DNA from: Actinomycetota bacterium
Lineage (GTDB): Bacteria; Actinomycetota; Actinomycetes; S36-B12; UBA5976
Assembly: GCA_947452755.1 (NCBI GenBank)
Contig: CANGDT010000002.1
Location: forward strand, 27,909-91,908
DNA: 64,000 bases
Direction: 5' to 3'
Shown: positions 29,125 through 41,364 of the stretch, one piece after another
Layout of the letters: every line of letters begins with the position of its first letter
Numbering within the stretch: the first letter of the stretch is position 1
Made by a program: the position numbers and the translations under genes
The notes under the pieces: model-generated
The model's database searches: none
What the model saw: only the letters and a program-made list of their open reading frames with translations
What the model was told of the DNA's origin: nothing

Positions 29125-31343
29125 CCGTCACAACACAACTCGTTACCGTCACCGTTGATGGTGTGACTGTTGAAGTTCCAGCGGGCACATTGATTATTCG
29201 TGTTGCTGAAATGCTCGGCACTGCCATCCCGCGTTTTTGTGACCACCCACTTTTGGATCCCGTGGCAGCATGCCGCATGTGTCTGGTGGAAATCGAAGGT
29301 CAAGGAAAGCCACAGCCATCATGTGCTGTGACTGTCACTGACGGAATGATTGTTAAGACTCAGCACTCATCGGAAATGGCCGCAAAGGCACAGGCCGGTG
29401 TGATGGAGTTCCTCCTCATCAACCATCCGCTGGACTGCCCAATCTGCGACAAGGGCGGCGAATGCCCATTGCAAAATCAGGCAATGACTGCCGGTCAGGG
29501 CGAAACTCGTTTCGACGGCACCAAGCGCACTTTCCCCAAGCCAATCAACGTGAGTGCACAGGTGCTCCTTGACCGTGAGCGTTGCGTGTCATGTGCACGG
29601 TGCACACGTTTCGCTGACCAGATTGCTGGCGATCCGTTCATCTCGTTACTCGAGCGCGGCGCCAAACAACAGGTTGGTATCTCGTCTGATCAGCCATTCG
29701 ATTCATACTTCTCGGGTAACACAATTCAGATTTGCCCAGTTGGCGCATTGACGAGTGCGAAGTACCGTTTCCGTTCACGCCCATTCGACTTGGTGAGTTC
29801 ACCAACTGCATGTGAACATTGCGCCGCAGGTTGTGCACTTCGTACCGATGTTCGCCGCAATACTGTGATGCGTCGCCTTGCATGGGATGCTCCCGAAGTT
29901 AACGAAGAATGGAACTGCGACAAGGGTCGCTTTGCATTCCCATACTTGACCGATGGCCGTATTCAATCACCGCTTGTTCGTGATGAAGACGGCAACTTAA
30001 TTCCAGCCTCATGGCCAGAAGCACTTCGTGTTGCTGCTGCAGGTCTTAAGAAGAGTGGCGCATCGACCGCAGTTTTGACGGGTGGCCGTCTGACAAATGA
30101 AGATGCACTTGCTTACGCAGGGTTTGCTCGCAAGGTTCTTGGAACCAAGGATGTAGATTTCCGCGCACGCGCTGCCAGCGATGAAGAGACATCATTCTTG
30201 GCTCACCACGTCGCAGGTTCCGGCCTTGGCGTAACCTACGCGGATCTTGAGGCTGCGCCTTCGGTTCTCTTAGTTGGTTTTGAGCCAGAAGATGAATCTC
30301 CGATCGTGTTCTTGCGTTTGCGCAAGGCTGCGTTGAAGGGCGGCACAAAGGTATATGCAATTGCGCCGTTCTTGACTGCTGGCTTGGCAAAGATGAAGGG
30401 CACACTGATTGCCGCTTCACCGGCCGAAGAAGTTAATGCAATCGTTGGTGCAGCTGGCTATGTTCAGGATGCAGGCAGCATCGTTCTGGTCGGCGAGCGC
30501 GCAGCTCAGACACCAGGTTTGTTGACTGCGGTTTCGGCACTCGTCACATCAACTGGCGCGAAGTTGGCGTGGGTGCCGCGTCGCGCTGGCGAACGTGGCG
30601 CTCTGGATGCAGGCTTACTTCCAGTTGATGGTCGCAACACCACCGACATCATCAATGCACTTGGAAAAGACATCAAGGGTTTGCTGGTCGCTGGAGTTGG
30701 ATCCGATGACGTTGCTGCAGATATTGTCGCTGGTGCTGAACGTGCTGAATTCGTTGTATCACTGGAAACACGTCACACCGACATCACTGCAGTGGCCGAT
30801 GTTGTGCTTCCTGTTGCAGTCGTCACCGAGAAGTCAGGAACCTTCCGCAACTGGGAAGGTCGCGATCGTTCCTTTAATACGGTTGTACCGACACCTGGGG
30901 CATTGTCTGATGCAGAGGTTCTTGGCGAAATTGCGTCGGCGATGGGCGAGTTCTTTGGCGTAGATCCACAGTTCTGGAATTCTGCTGCAAAACCTGCGTC
31001 AGGTATTTCCGAACCTGCAGCTGCAAGCGTTGGTCAAGGTCAAGCATTGCTGAGCACTTGGCGTCACTTGTTAGACAACGGCACCTTGCAAGAAGGTGAG
31101 CCTTACTTGGCAGCGACTGCACGCATGGCCGTTGTTCGAGTTAGCCCGGCGACAGCAGCGAAACTCAACTTGGTTGATGGCGCCACTGCAACTGTTACTG
31201 CACATGGCCAATCGGCTAGTGCGCCAGTAATTGTGACGGTTGGAATGGCCGAAGACACAGTCTGGATTCCGGCCAACAGTGAAGGCTCTGCACTTGGTCT
31301 TCCAAGTGGAACCGTCGTGAACGTTTCAGGAGGTGCTGCATGA
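29121..31343 (+). CDS. nuoG: NADH-quinone oxidoreductase subunit G
   Basis: It has N-terminal Fe-S motifs ([33 protein letters not shown]) and a molybdopterin-oxidoreductase-like C-terminus. Confidence 0.95.
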   Translation: MTVTTQLVTVTVDGVTVEVPAGTLIIRVAEMLGTAIPRFCDHPLLDPVAACRMCLVEIEGQGKPQPSCAVTVTDGMIVKTQHSSEMAAKAQAGVMEFLLINHPLDCPICDKGGECPLQNQAMTAGQGETRFDGTKRTFPKPINVSAQVLLDRERCVSCARCTRFADQIAGDPFISLLERGAKQQVGISSDQPFDSYFSGNTIQICPVGALTSAKYRFRSRPFDLVSSPTACEHCAAGCALRTDVRRNTVMRRLAWDAPEVNEEWNCDKGRFAFPYLTDGRIQSPLVRDEDGNLIPASWPEALRVAAAGLKKSGASTAVLTGGRLTNEDALAYAGFARKVLGTKDVDFRARAASDEETSFLAHHVAGSGLGVTYADLEAAPSVLLVGFEPEDESPIVFLRLRKAALKGGTKVYAIAPFLTAGLAKMKGTLIAASPAEEVNAIVGAAGYVQDAGSIVLVGERAAQTPGLLTAVSALVTSTGAKLAWVPRRAGERGALDAGLLPVDGRNTTDIINALGKDIKGLLVAGVGSDDVAADIVAGAERAEFVVSLETRHTDITAVADVVLPVAVVTEKSGTFRNWEGRDRSFNTVVPTPGALSDAEVLGEIASAMGEFFGVDPQFWNSAAKPASGISEPAAASVGQGQALLSTWRHLLDNGTLQEGEPYLAATARMAVVRVSPATAAKLNLVDGATATVTAHGQSASAPVIVTVGMAEDTVWIPANSEGSALGLPSGTVVNVSGGAA

Positions 31344-32662
31344 ACATTCGTTCAGAAGCAGTAGGAGATCTCAGCACATTCGGCACCGACCCAATCGGTG
31401 TCGTGCTGGTCAAGGTGCTCGGCATCTTCGTGATTCTTGTCCTCTTAACGTTGTTGACCATTTGGGCAGAACGACGTGTTGTTGGCCGTATGCAGATGCG
31501 TATCGGTCCAAACCGCGTTGGACCATTTGGTTTGCTTCAGTCTTTGATGGACGGTGTAAAGCTCGCACTGAAGGAAGAAATCGTTCCAAAGGGTGTGCAC
31601 TACGCGGTCTATTGGCTAGCACCAGTGATTTCTGCTGGCGCTGCATTCTTGACCTTCGCAGTCATTCCACTCGGCCCGACAGTGTCGATGTTTGGACACA
31701 TCACTCCACTACAGCTCACTGACTTCCCAGTTTCTGTACTTTATGTTTTGGCGATTGCTTCAATCGGTATTTACGGCATTGTGCTCGGTGGTTGGGCTTC
31801 TGGCTCGACGTATCCGTTGCTCGGTGGCTTGCGTTCAAGTGCACAGATGATCAGTTACGAAATCGCGATGGGTCTTTCGTTTGTTGCGGTGTTCTTGTAC
31901 GCATCATCAATGTCAACTTCGCAGATTGTGGCTGGTCAAGAACATCTGTGGTACATCGTTTTGTTGTTCCCATCATTTGCAATTTATGCAACAGCAATGG
32001 TTGGCGAAACAAACCGCGCACCATTTGACTTGCCGGAAGCTGAAGGCGAACTCGTCGGTGGTTTCCAGACCGAATACTCGTCGTTGAAGTTTGCGCTGTT
32101 TTACCTAGCTGAATACGTGAACATGGTGACCGTTTCGGCAATGGCAACCACGCTATTCCTTGGTGGTTGGCGTGCACCGTACCCAATCTCGATGTGGTCA
32201 CAAGCAAACACAGGTTGGTGGCCACTGTTGTGGTTCTTCGGCAAAGTCTTCGCATTCCTTTTCGTATTCATTTGGTTGCGAGGCACACTTCCACGTATGC
32301 GTTACGACCAATTTATGAAGTTCGGCTGGAAGGTACTCATTCCAGTTTCAATAGCGTGGATCATGGTCGTGGCTGTTGCGCGTTACCTGCGTAATACGGG
32401 CGGCCTCGCATCACGCAACTTGTTGTTCATCGCGAGCGCAGTCCTTTTCGTAGTTGTTGTCGCTTCCTATGTCATGGAACTTCGCACTAAGAAGCGTGAA
32501 GAACTTGAACAAGAGCGTGCCGAGCTTGAAGCATCAGCAGAGTTCGATCCGTTTGCTGGCGGTTTCCCTGTCCCACCGATGCCAGGTCAAACACCTCAAG
32601 CGTCACGACGTATTCCAGTCACTGTTACTGCACCTGCAGTCGAGTCGGGCGAGGAGCAGTAA
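31340..32662 (+). CDS. nuoH: NADH-quinone oxidoreductase subunit H
   Basis: It is ND1-like, with the [15 protein letters not shown] motif. A roughly 90-aa charged C-terminal extension follows the last TM helix. Confidence 0.95.
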   Translation: MNIRSEAVGDLSTFGTDPIGVVLVKVLGIFVILVLLTLLTIWAERRVVGRMQMRIGPNRVGPFGLLQSLMDGVKLALKEEIVPKGVHYAVYWLAPVISAGAAFLTFAVIPLGPTVSMFGHITPLQLTDFPVSVLYVLAIASIGIYGIVLGGWASGSTYPLLGGLRSSAQMISYEIAMGLSFVAVFLYASSMSTSQIVAGQEHLWYIVLLFPSFAIYATAMVGETNRAPFDLPEAEGELVGGFQTEYSSLKFALFYLAEYVNMVTVSAMATTLFLGGWRAPYPISMWSQANTGWWPLLWFFGKVFAFLFVFIWLRGTLPRMRYDQFMKFGWKVLIPVSIAWIMVVAVARYLRNTGGLASRNLLFIASAVLFVVVVASYVMELRTKKREELEQERAELEASAEFDPFAGGFPVPPMPGQTPQASRRIPVTVTAPAVESGEEQ

Positions 32663-33205
32663 ATGCCTGTATTGCCACAAGTTGTTCGCGGGTTTGCGGT
32701 CACCTTCTTGTCGATGTTCAAGAAGGTCACGACAGAGCAGTACCCGGAAGAAAAAGATAAGTTTCCGCCGAAGCCTCGTTTTCACGGGCGTCACCAACTA
32801 AACCGTCACCCTGACGGTTTAGAAAAGTGTGTTGGTTGTGAACTATGTGCGTGGGCTTGCCCGGCAGATGCGATTTTGGTTGAAGGTGCCGACAACAGTG
32901 AAGAAGAACGTTTCTCACCAGGTGAGCGTTACGGTCGCGTCTACCAAATCAACTACGCACGTTGCATCCTGTGTGGTCTGTGCATCGAAGCATGCCCAAC
33001 CCGTGCACTAACAATGACTAATGATTTCGAGTTGGCTGAAAATTCACGCGCGAAGTTGATCTATGAAAAGCAAGATCTACTTGCCCCACTTTTGCCAGGT
33101 ATGGTCGCAGCACCACACGACATGGTCGAAGGAACAACCGAGCAGGATTATTACGCGGGCAACATCAAAGGTGCTTCAGCACCAGCAGGAGTTGACGAGT
33201 CGTGA
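32663..33205 (+). CDS. nuoI: NADH-quinone oxidoreductase subunit I
   Basis: It has two CxxCxxCxxxCP ferredoxin motifs ([12 protein letters not shown] and [12 protein letters not shown]). Confidence 0.95.
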   Translation: MPVLPQVVRGFAVTFLSMFKKVTTEQYPEEKDKFPPKPRFHGRHQLNRHPDGLEKCVGCELCAWACPADAILVEGADNSEEERFSPGERYGRVYQINYARCILCGLCIEACPTRALTMTNDFELAENSRAKLIYEKQDLLAPLLPGMVAAPHDMVEGTTEQDYYAGNIKGASAPAGVDES

Positions 33206-33930
33206 ACGGTGAACAAATCGTTTTTTGGATCTGCGGAATATTTGCAGTCGTCGGCGCCTTGGGCATGATCATTTCGCGCAAGGCTGTTCACAGTGCGCTG
33301 TGGGTAGCTTTCACGATGATCAACCTGGCCATTCTCTACTTTTCGCAGCAGGCCGCTTTCTTGGGTACAACACAGATTGTTGTGTACACCGGCGCAGTCA
33401 TGATGTTGTTCTTGTTCGTGCTGATGATTGTCGGCGTTGATTCATCTGATTCATTGATCGAAACCATCAAGGGCCAGCGACTCATCGGAACGTTGCTTGC
33501 ACTTGCATTCGGCGGACTTCTTCTTGGAAGCATCACAAGCGTTGCTCGTCCAACTGTTGTCGGTTTGGACAAAGCAAATGAAGATTATGGAACAAACATC
33601 CAGGGACTTGCCCACTTGATCTTTGGCAAGTATCTGCTTGCCTTTGAAGTTACGTCAGCATTGCTGATTACTGCTGCTCTTGGCGCAATGGTGTTGGCGC
33701 ATCGTGAACGTTGGGAACCGCGCAAGACTCAGGCCGAACAGATGCGCGAACGCACCTTGTCAGGCCACCCAACACCACTGCCAAACCCTGGAGTTTTGGC
33801 TCGCAACAACTCAGTAGCGACGGCAGCCCTGCTTCCAGACGGCACACAATCACAGGAATCATTGCCCACAGCATTCAAGGCAATTGCCTCAGAAGATAGT
33901 GCTAGCAAGCCAAACGAGGTGACCCAGTGA
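33202..33930 (+). CDS. nuoJ: NADH-quinone oxidoreductase subunit J
   Basis: It is an ND6-like membrane protein in operon order, with a hydrophilic C-terminal extension. Confidence 0.9.
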   Translation: MNGEQIVFWICGIFAVVGALGMIISRKAVHSALWVAFTMINLAILYFSQQAAFLGTTQIVVYTGAVMMLFLFVLMIVGVDSSDSLIETIKGQRLIGTLLALAFGGLLLGSITSVARPTVVGLDKANEDYGTNIQGLAHLIFGKYLLAFEVTSALLITAALGAMVLAHRERWEPRKTQAEQMRERTLSGHPTPLPNPGVLARNNSVATAALLPDGTQSQESLPTAFKAIASEDSASKPNEVTQ

Positions 33931-34226
33931 ATCCGAATTACTACATTGCCTTAGCTGGCATTTTGTTCACGATCGGTGCACTCGGCGTTTTGATCCGCCG
34001 TAACGCAATCATCGTGTTCATGAGTGTCGAAATGATGTTGAACGCAGCAAACCTTGCCTTTGTTGCGGCAGCTCGCGAAACCGGAACGCTCGACGGTCAG
34101 GTTGCAGCATTTTTCGTCATGGTTGTGGCTGCGGCTGAAGTCGTTGTTGGTCTAGCCATCATCGTCACAATTTTCCGTTCACGTCGTTCGGCATCGATCG
34201 ACGAACCAAGTCTGCTGAAGTACTAG
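33927..34226 (+). CDS. nuoK: NADH-quinone oxidoreductase subunit K
   Basis: It is a 99-aa, 3-TM ND4L-like protein ([12 protein letters not shown]). Confidence 0.9.
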   Translation: MNPNYYIALAGILFTIGALGVLIRRNAIIVFMSVEMMLNAANLAFVAAARETGTLDGQVAAFFVMVVAAAEVVVGLAIIVTIFRSRRSASIDEPSLLKY

Positions 34227-34237
34227 AGGGATAGGTC

Positions 34238-36097
34238 ATGACTGCCGCACTTATTGGGTTGCCGCTTCTCGGCGCAACCTTGCTCCTGCTCGGGGGCCGT
34301 CGCACTAATACATGGGGTCACTTCCTTGCCGTCGCAATGTCAGCAAGCTCGTTCTTCGTTGGCGTTGCGCTCTACATTCAAATGCTTGGTCGCAGTGCTG
34401 AAGAACGCGCCGTGGGTCAGCACCTATTCGACTGGATTGCAGTCGGTACTTTCAACGTGCCGTTTGGTTTACACCTCGACCAGTTGTCGATGTGTTTCGT
34501 TCTGCTGATCACTGGTGTCGGAACGCTGATTCACATTTACTCAATTGGTTACATGGAACACGATCCAAATCGTCGTCGTTTCTTTGCCTACTTGAACTTG
34601 TTCGTTGCAGCAATGTTGCTCTTGGTTCTTGCTGACAACTACTTGCTCCTTTACGTTGGTTGGGAAGGCGTGGGCCTTGCCTCGTACTTACTAATCAGCT
34701 TCTGGCAACACAAGCCGTCGGCAGCTGTTGCTGGCAAGAAGGCTTTCATTGTGAACCGTGTTGGTGACGTCGGTTTGTCACTTGCCGTCATGTTGATGTT
34801 CACGACATTAGGCACAGTAACTTTCCAGGGTGTAGCTGATGCTGCCGGACAGGGTCCGTCGCTGAAAATCACGCTTATTGGTTTTGCACTCCTTCTTGCT
34901 GCTTGCGGTAAGAGCGCCCAGTTCCCATTGCAGTCATGGTTGCTCGATGCGATGGAAGGCCCGACACCTGTTTCGGCATTGATTCACGCAGCGACCATGG
35001 TGACCGCAGGTGTTTACCTCATCATTCGTGCACATGCAATCTTTGACTTGTCACAGGATGCACGAACTGCGGTTGTAGTTATCGGTGCAATCACGCTGCT
35101 GCTCGGTGCATTTATTGGTACTGCCAAGGACGACATTAAGAAGGGCCTTGCAGGTTCAACCATGAGCCAAATTGGTTACATGATTCTTGCGGCTGGCCTT
35201 GGTCCAGTTGGATATGTATTTGCAATCTTCCACCTCCTTACTCACGGACTTTTCAAGGCTGGGTTGTTCCTCGGTGCAGGTTCGGTGATGCACGGCATGC
35301 ATGACGACGTGAACATGCGTCATTACGGTGCCCTGCGCACGTCAATGAAGATTACCTACGCAACATTCGGACTGGGATTCCTAGCAATCATTGGTATTCC
35401 ACCGTTTGCAGGTTTCTGGTCGAAGGATGAAATCATCAGCGCTGCGTTTGGCCAGAACTACCTTGTTGGTCTTGCCACTCTGATTGGTGCTGGCGTGACA
35501 GCGTTCTATATGACTCGCATGATGGCCATGACATTCTTTGGTGAATCACGTTGGGAAGATGGCGTTCATCCACATGAATCATCAACTGTGATGACGGCGC
35601 CAATGATGATCTTGGCTGTGGGTTCAGTATTTGGCGGTTTGCTGCTGAAATTCGTAGGCGACATTGAAGCGTGGCTTGAGCCAGTAACTGGTGTTGCGCA
35701 TCCGACGCACCCAATTTCTGCAGCAGTGCTGATTCCGGTCACACTCTTGGTCGTCGCATCAGGCGCTGGATATGCGTGGACAAAGTACGCGCAGCGCCCA
35801 GTTCCAGTCGTTGCTCCAACAGATGTCTCAATCCTCACGCGGGCAGCGCGTGCGGATGCCTACGGAGATGCAATCAACGAAGCGGTATTTATGCGTCCGG
35901 GTCTGCACCTGACTCGTGCATTGACCTGGTTTGATGCAAAGGGAATTGACGGAACTATCGGTGGCGTTTCGGCTGCTATCGGTGGACTTTCAGCACGTGC
36001 CCGTCGCCTTCAAAATGGCTACACACGTTCATACGCACTCACGATGCTCGGTGGAGCCGCGTTGATTGCATTCGTTCTACTCTTAGCGAGGCTCTAA
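34238..36097 (+). CDS. nuoL: NADH-quinone oxidoreductase subunit L
   Basis: It is an ND5/Mrp-antiporter-like protein of 619 aa ([12 protein letters not shown]). Confidence 0.95.
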   Translation: MTAALIGLPLLGATLLLLGGRRTNTWGHFLAVAMSASSFFVGVALYIQMLGRSAEERAVGQHLFDWIAVGTFNVPFGLHLDQLSMCFVLLITGVGTLIHIYSIGYMEHDPNRRRFFAYLNLFVAAMLLLVLADNYLLLYVGWEGVGLASYLLISFWQHKPSAAVAGKKAFIVNRVGDVGLSLAVMLMFTTLGTVTFQGVADAAGQGPSLKITLIGFALLLAACGKSAQFPLQSWLLDAMEGPTPVSALIHAATMVTAGVYLIIRAHAIFDLSQDARTAVVVIGAITLLLGAFIGTAKDDIKKGLAGSTMSQIGYMILAAGLGPVGYVFAIFHLLTHGLFKAGLFLGAGSVMHGMHDDVNMRHYGALRTSMKITYATFGLGFLAIIGIPPFAGFWSKDEIISAAFGQNYLVGLATLIGAGVTAFYMTRMMAMTFFGESRWEDGVHPHESSTVMTAPMMILAVGSVFGGLLLKFVGDIEAWLEPVTGVAHPTHPISAAVLIPVTLLVVASGAGYAWTKYAQRPVPVVAPTDVSILTRAARADAYGDAINEAVFMRPGLHLTRALTWFDAKGIDGTIGGVSAAIGGLSARARRLQNGYTRSYALTMLGGAALIAFVLLLARL

Positions 36098-36099
36098 TC

Positions 36100-37638
36100 A
36101 TGTCGTTAACTGCATTGATGTTGCTCCCTTTGATTGGAGCGGTAGTTGTCTTCGCACTTCCTGCTGGCCGTGACTTGTTGGCTAAGCAAGTGGCATTGGG
36201 CTTCGGACTGGTTGTTGCCGTCGCAGCAGTAGTCATGGGTCTTGGAATGGACAAGTCCAACGGCGGTCTTCAGTACGTAGAGAAGTACAGCTGGATTCCT
36301 TCGTTTGGAATTTCGTGGGGTCTTGGCGTTGACGGTATTTCAATTGTGTTGATCGTGATGGCTGCCGTAATGGTTCCACTAGTTTTCATCGCAGGCTGGA
36401 ATGATGTTGAAAACGCGGGACGTGGAACAGTTAAGGGTTTCTTCTCTCTCATGCTGCTTCTTGAAGTTTTCATGATTGGCGTTTTTGCAGCCACGGACTT
36501 GTTCTTGTTCTACGTGTTCTTCGAAGCAATGTTGATTCCGATCTATTTCTTGATCGGTCGTTTCGGTGGACCACAGCGCGCTTATGCGGCAATGAAGTTC
36601 TTGCTGTATTCACTCGTCGGTGGTCTATTTATGCTGGCTGCGTTGATTGGTCTGTACGTCGTTTCAGCGCGTGAACTCGGTGCTGGCACATTCGATTACA
36701 CCGCGCTGACCCAGCTACACATTGATCCAGCTACACAAAAGATGCTGTTCCTTGGCTTCTTCTTTGCCTTTGCCGTGAAGGCACCCATGGTGCCGTTCCA
36801 CACATGGTTGCCAGATGCCGCTGCTGAATCAACTCCAGGAACGGCAACACTTCTTGTCGGTGTTCTGGACAAGGTTGGAACATTCGGAATGATTCACTAC
36901 TTACTTCCAATTTTCCCTGATGCAAGCAAGTATTTTGCGCCGGCAATTATCACCCTCGCGGTTATCAGTATTTTCTATGGTGCGCTTCTCGCTATCGGCC
37001 AGTCAGACATGATGCGACTCGTTGCATTCTCATCGGTGTCACACTTTGGATTCATTGTGATGGGCATTTTTGCTTTCACATCACAAGGTTTATCTGGATC
37101 AACGTTGTACATGGTGAACCACGGTTTCTCGACTGGCGCACTATTCCTCGTAGTTGGTTACCTGTCATCACGTCGAGGATCCAAGAACATCGCCGATTTC
37201 GGTGGCGTACAAAAGGTCGCACCGATTATGGCCGGTGTGTTCCTGCTCGCAGGTCTGTCGTCCTTGGCACTGCCAGGTATGTCGAGCTTCGTGTCTGAGT
37301 TCTTAGTACTCGTTGGAACATTCAGCGAATACCCACAGGCCGCAAACATTGCGACAGTAGGCATTGTTCTAGCTGCGTTCTACATTTTGTGGATGTACCA
37401 GCGCACAATGACTGGGGAACCATCACAGGAAGTTTCTTCAACTGTGAACGAAATTTCGAAGCGCGAATTGGTTGCGATTGTTCCGATTATCGCGATCATC
37501 ATTGCGTTTGGTTTGTTCCCGCAGGGTTTGTTAAACATCATCAACCCGACCACAAAGCAAGTTCAATCAACTGTTCAAGTTGTGGATCCGGCTCCAGCCG
37601 TCCAAGGTTTGGCTTCAACTGAAGGGAGCGGTTCGTGA
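36100..37638 (+). CDS. nuoM: NADH-quinone oxidoreductase subunit M
   Basis: It is ND4-like, 512 aa, with the FFAFAVKAPMVPFHTWLPDA motif. Confidence 0.95.
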   Translation: MSLTALMLLPLIGAVVVFALPAGRDLLAKQVALGFGLVVAVAAVVMGLGMDKSNGGLQYVEKYSWIPSFGISWGLGVDGISIVLIVMAAVMVPLVFIAGWNDVENAGRGTVKGFFSLMLLLEVFMIGVFAATDLFLFYVFFEAMLIPIYFLIGRFGGPQRAYAAMKFLLYSLVGGLFMLAALIGLYVVSARELGAGTFDYTALTQLHIDPATQKMLFLGFFFAFAVKAPMVPFHTWLPDAAAESTPGTATLLVGVLDKVGTFGMIHYLLPIFPDASKYFAPAIITLAVISIFYGALLAIGQSDMMRLVAFSSVSHFGFIVMGIFAFTSQGLSGSTLYMVNHGFSTGALFLVVGYLSSRRGSKNIADFGGVQKVAPIMAGVFLLAGLSSLALPGMSSFVSEFLVLVGTFSEYPQAANIATVGIVLAAFYILWMYQRTMTGEPSQEVSSTVNEISKRELVAIVPIIAIIIAFGLFPQGLLNIINPTTKQVQSTVQVVDPAPAVQGLASTEGSGS

Positions 37639-39203
37639 ACAACACATTTGAATATGCAGCTCTCGCACCTGTAGTCATCCTGCTGAGTGCTGGTGTTATT
37701 TCCATGTTGATCGAAGCATTTGCCCCTCGTGATACTCGGCGGGCCCTTGAACTCACTTTGGTCTTTGCAACACTTGCAGTGGCTTTCGCATACGTTGGCA
37801 TCAACATGGCCAAGGAGATTCCCGGCGGTGCACCACTGAATGGTGGACAGTCGCATGGAATCCGCCAGCTTGCCGCAGGTGGCGCTGCTGCTATTGATGG
37901 GCCAGGTCTTTTCCTCCAAGGAACGCTGCTGTTGGTTGCATTTGTTGCAGCCCTGCTCTTGGCAGAACGCGGCATTGATCCCCAAGGTGATGCTTTTGCT
38001 GCCCGCGCGTCAACGCTTCCCGGTAGTGAAGATGAGCGTCAGTTCACCGCACAGGGATGGTTCCAGACCGAAATCTGGCCACTGTTCTTATTCAGTGTTG
38101 GTGGGATGCTCCTTTTTGTTATTGCAAACGACTTCCTGACCATGTTTGTTGCGTTAGAAGTACTGTCCCTGCCGTTGTATTTGCTGGCAGGAATGGCAAG
38201 ACGCCGTCGTCTGTTGAGCCAAGAGGCGGCCCTAAAGTACTTCGTACTCGGCGCATTCTCAAGTGCATTTTTCTTGTTCGGTTCCGCGTTGATTTACGCA
38301 GTAACTGGAGCTTTGGATTTCAGCACAATTAATGCCTCACTTGGTAACGTCACTCAAGATGGTTTGGTACTTGCCGGTGTCGGATTAATTGCGGTCGGTT
38401 TGTTGTTCAAGGTTGGCGCTGTGCCGTTCCACCAGTGGACTCCAGATGTGTATCAAGGTTCACCAACTCCGATTACTGCATTCATGGCAGCAGCCACCAA
38501 GATTGCCGCATTTGGCGCCATGTTCCGTGTGTTCTATGTCGCGTTCAGTGGCATGCGCTGGGATTGGCGCCCAATGATGTGGGTAATCGCAATTTTGTCG
38601 ATGCTGATTGGTTCAGTCATTGCGGTGACACAAACAGACATTAAGCGAATGTTGGCTTTCTCTTCAGTGGCACACACCGGATTTATTCTGTTGGGCCTCA
38701 TCGCAACCAGCGGTCACGGTTTGTCTGCAACTTTGTTCTACTTGTTCGCTTACGGATTCACCACACTTGGTTCCTTTGCGATTGTGTCGCTTGTTCGCGA
38801 TGCTTCAGGTGAAGCAACGCACTTGTCCCAATGGGCTGGGCTTGGGAAGAAATCGCCAGTTGTGGCAACAGTGTTTGCCTTCTTCTTGCTTGCACTGGCT
38901 GGTATCCCACTAACAAGTGGTTTCACGGCAAAGTTTGCGATCTTTACTGCTGCAATTGAAGGGGGTGCAACACCGCTGGTTATCGTGGCGGTTGTTGCCA
39001 GCGCTATTGCTGCATTCTTCTACGCTCGAGTCATTGTGCTGATGTTCTTTACAGAGCCACCAGTTGATGGTCCAAGCGTCGTAGTGCCAAGTTCGTTAAC
39101 GTCTGCAGCGATTGCTATCAGCGCAGTCATCACATTGATCTTGGGCGTATTCCCGCAGCCAATTCTCGATGCAGTGGCTAACGCAGGATTGTTCGTTCGC
39201 TAA
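37635..39203 (+). CDS. nuoN: NADH-quinone oxidoreductase subunit N
   Basis: It is ND2-like, 522 aa (LFKVGAVPFHQWTPDVYQG), and is the last gene of the operon. Confidence 0.95.
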   Translation: MNNTFEYAALAPVVILLSAGVISMLIEAFAPRDTRRALELTLVFATLAVAFAYVGINMAKEIPGGAPLNGGQSHGIRQLAAGGAAAIDGPGLFLQGTLLLVAFVAALLLAERGIDPQGDAFAARASTLPGSEDERQFTAQGWFQTEIWPLFLFSVGGMLLFVIANDFLTMFVALEVLSLPLYLLAGMARRRRLLSQEAALKYFVLGAFSSAFFLFGSALIYAVTGALDFSTINASLGNVTQDGLVLAGVGLIAVGLLFKVGAVPFHQWTPDVYQGSPTPITAFMAAATKIAAFGAMFRVFYVAFSGMRWDWRPMMWVIAILSMLIGSVIAVTQTDIKRMLAFSSVAHTGFILLGLIATSGHGLSATLFYLFAYGFTTLGSFAIVSLVRDASGEATHLSQWAGLGKKSPVVATVFAFFLLALAGIPLTSGFTAKFAIFTAAIEGGATPLVIVAVVASAIAAFFYARVIVLMFFTEPPVDGPSVVVPSSLTSAAIAISAVITLILGVFPQPILDAVANAGLFVR

Positions 39204-39247
39204 CCTGCGAACGAGCGACATGCGGATATCAGTGCGAGGATAAGAAC

Positions 39248-40225
39248 GTGAGCGTGTTGTTTCCCGAATCGTTAGAGAGTCTTGAGCTCAAGCTCACGGA
39301 CGGTTTGGCGTCGGTAGAGGCAATGCTTCGAGCGGAAATTGCTAGCGATTACGAGCTTGCCGATATCACCGCGCGCCACTTAGTGGAGGCCGGCGGCAAA
39401 CGTTTCCGACCACTGCTTGTGCTTCTGGCCGCTGAATTTGGTGATTCGTCTGCTCCGGGTGTTGTGCCTTCGGCAGTGGTTGTCGAACTCACGCACTTGG
39501 CCACTTTGTATCACGATGATGTCATGGACGAAGCCACTGTTCGCCGTGGCGCACAGTCAGCAAACGCCCGGTGGGGTAACTCCGTAGCAATCTTGAGTGG
39601 AGATTTTCTATTTGCGCGTTCGTCAAAGATTCTTGCTGATCTTGGTCCAGAGGCAGTAAGAGTTCAAGCACAAACATTTGAACGACTAGTTATCGGCCAG
39701 TTAATGGAAACCGTTGGTCCAAAGGACGGCGAAGATGCGGTCAAGCACCACATCCAAGTTCTGGCTGACAAGACTGGTTCCTTGATTGCAGCTGCAGGGC
39801 GCTACGGCGCAATGATGAGTGGTGTGTCAGCCGAACTTACGAATGTGATTGCGGAATTTGGCGAAGCAATTGGAATCGCTTTCCAGTTAAGCGATGACTT
39901 ACTTGATATCGAATCAAATGTGTCCGGTAAGACACCAGGCACGGATCTACGTGAAGGCGTCAAGACTTTGCCTGCACTTCTGGCACTTGCAGACCCAAGC
40001 CTCGATGCGCGACTTCGTGATTTGTTGTCGCGCCCATTACCCGATGATGACGAGCACGCCGAGGCCTTAGCTGCCCTTCGTGTGCATCCTGCAATGGGTG
40101 CCGCTCGCGGAGTACTCGGTGAATGGACGGCAAAGTCCATTTCCTGTCTTGATCAACTTCCCGATGGTGATGCAAAGGAAGCACTACGCACACTGTGCGA
40201 CAGCGTTGCAAATCGCGCCATTTAA
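39248..40225 (+). CDS. polyprenyl diphosphate synthase (menaquinone side-chain synthesis, GrcC1/HepT-like)
   Basis: It has two Asp-rich motifs (LYHDDVMDEA and FQLSDDLLD). Chain length cannot be read from the sequence. Confidence 0.85.
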   Translation: MSVLFPESLESLELKLTDGLASVEAMLRAEIASDYELADITARHLVEAGGKRFRPLLVLLAAEFGDSSAPGVVPSAVVVELTHLATLYHDDVMDEATVRRGAQSANARWGNSVAILSGDFLFARSSKILADLGPEAVRVQAQTFERLVIGQLMETVGPKDGEDAVKHHIQVLADKTGSLIAAAGRYGAMMSGVSAELTNVIAEFGEAIGIAFQLSDDLLDIESNVSGKTPGTDLREGVKTLPALLALADPSLDARLRDLLSRPLPDDDEHAEALAALRVHPAMGAARGVLGEWTAKSISCLDQLPDGDAKEALRTLCDSVANRAI

Positions 40226-40382
40226 TGTGAATTTCCAAGTAACGTACAAGGTTTGCTAGGACTTGGTTAAGAGACGGCAAACCTTCGCATTTTGGCTTGT
40301 TTTGAACAGTTCTTGCGAGCATTCTGAAGGTAGCGGTTTACACCATGGGGTGTGAACGCCCACATTAAAGGAATTGGTTTCA

Positions 40383-41243
40383 ATGGGCGCAATGCGTAAA
40401 ACAACTGGCGCAACGTTGTTGACACTGTCTTTGGTAGGTGCGGCTATCAGTCCAGCGTTTGCAGACAAGCATGGTGGCGGTAACAACCAACCACAAAAAC
40501 CAGACTGGAGTGCCGGACTTGGTCTGGGCGATTCAGGTAAGCCACACGGTGACGATAAAGGTCACGGAAAATTCAAGCACGTTGACAGCACACCAGCAGA
40601 TGCGGCGTTGCACACGGCACTTGTCGCGGCAAACGATGCGTATCGCACAGCGGATAAAGCTGCCAAGGATGCGTACAAGGCTTCTGTTGCGGATGCCAAA
40701 GCTGCAAAGACGGCTGCTCTTGCCGTTGCAACAACAGATCTTGCTCGAGTCATCGCTCAAGACACCTACATTGCTTCAACTACAGTTCAAGCGGGTACGC
40801 GTGATGCTGCCCTTGATGTAGCTTTTACAAATTGGCAGGTTGCCACGGATTCGGCATTAGCAACTTACGATGCAGCAACCACAACTGGCGATGTATTGAA
40901 TGCTCGGGTTACCTTCCGGGCTGCTGTCAAGGATGCCGGGGCAACATTGCGAAGCACGCTGGCTGCAACAAAGGTCGCGTCAAAGGCCGGTGTGGCAACT
41001 GCGCGAGCAACGCTCATTGCGGCTGCTCGTGCCGATGGTGCAACTGATGCTGACATCACTGCAGCATGGGATACCTACGTAGCCTCGGTTGCTTCAGTCC
41101 ACACAAATGCCAAGGCTGCGCGTGGAACTGCGAAAGCAACGTACAAGTTGGCGCTGAAGGCCGCTCGCGATGCATACACAACTACAACCGGACTACAGGT
41201 CACATCAACACCGGATCTAGCGAAGGCACTGAAACTCAAGTAA
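40383..41243 (+). CDS. secreted alanine-rich low-complexity protein, unknown function
   Basis: It has a signal peptide ending AFA-DK. The mature part is dominated by Ala/Thr/Lys/Asp, with recurring (K/R)DAY(K/R/T) segments. I prefer the ATG at 40383 (AAAGGA 10 nt upstream) over the TTG at 40374. Confidence 0.6.
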   Translation: MGAMRKTTGATLLTLSLVGAAISPAFADKHGGGNNQPQKPDWSAGLGLGDSGKPHGDDKGHGKFKHVDSTPADAALHTALVAANDAYRTADKAAKDAYKASVADAKAAKTAALAVATTDLARVIAQDTYIASTTVQAGTRDAALDVAFTNWQVATDSALATYDAATTTGDVLNARVTFRAAVKDAGATLRSTLAATKVASKAGVATARATLIAAARADGATDADITAAWDTYVASVASVHTNAKAARGTAKATYKLALKAARDAYTTTTGLQVTSTPDLAKALKLK

Positions 41244-41254
41244 ACCCACAATCT

Positions 41255-41299
41255 GCTGAGGGACTAGTCGACCGCAACCGACTAGTCCCTCAGCTTTTT
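41255..41299 (+). terminator. rho-independent terminator
   Basis: A perfect 16-bp stem (gctgagggactagtcg / cgactagtccctcagc) with an 8-nt loop is followed by TTTTT, 12 nt after the stop codon. Confidence 0.9.
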
Positions 41300-41364
41300 A
41301 TGTGACGCTTGCATGACAACCCCAACGGAGAATCATCGAGTCTGAGGCGTAGATTTGAGGGGTT

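Noticed and set aside
37541-37985. Two minus-strand ORFs (144 and 136 aa) across the nuoM/nuoN junction.
   Set aside because: They are antisense to strongly supported antiporter-like subunits inside a tightly coupled operon.
39193-39214. An 8-bp hairpin (tcgttcgc / gcgaacga) spanning the nuoN stop codon.
   Set aside because: The stem is short, no T-tract follows, and the next gene starts 34 nt later. I did not call it a terminator.
40248-40285. A 9-bp inverted repeat (aaggtttgc / gcaaacctt) with a 20-nt loop after the polyprenyl synthase gene.
   Set aside because: The large loop and only a weak interrupted T-run (cgcatttt) give insufficient support to call a terminator.
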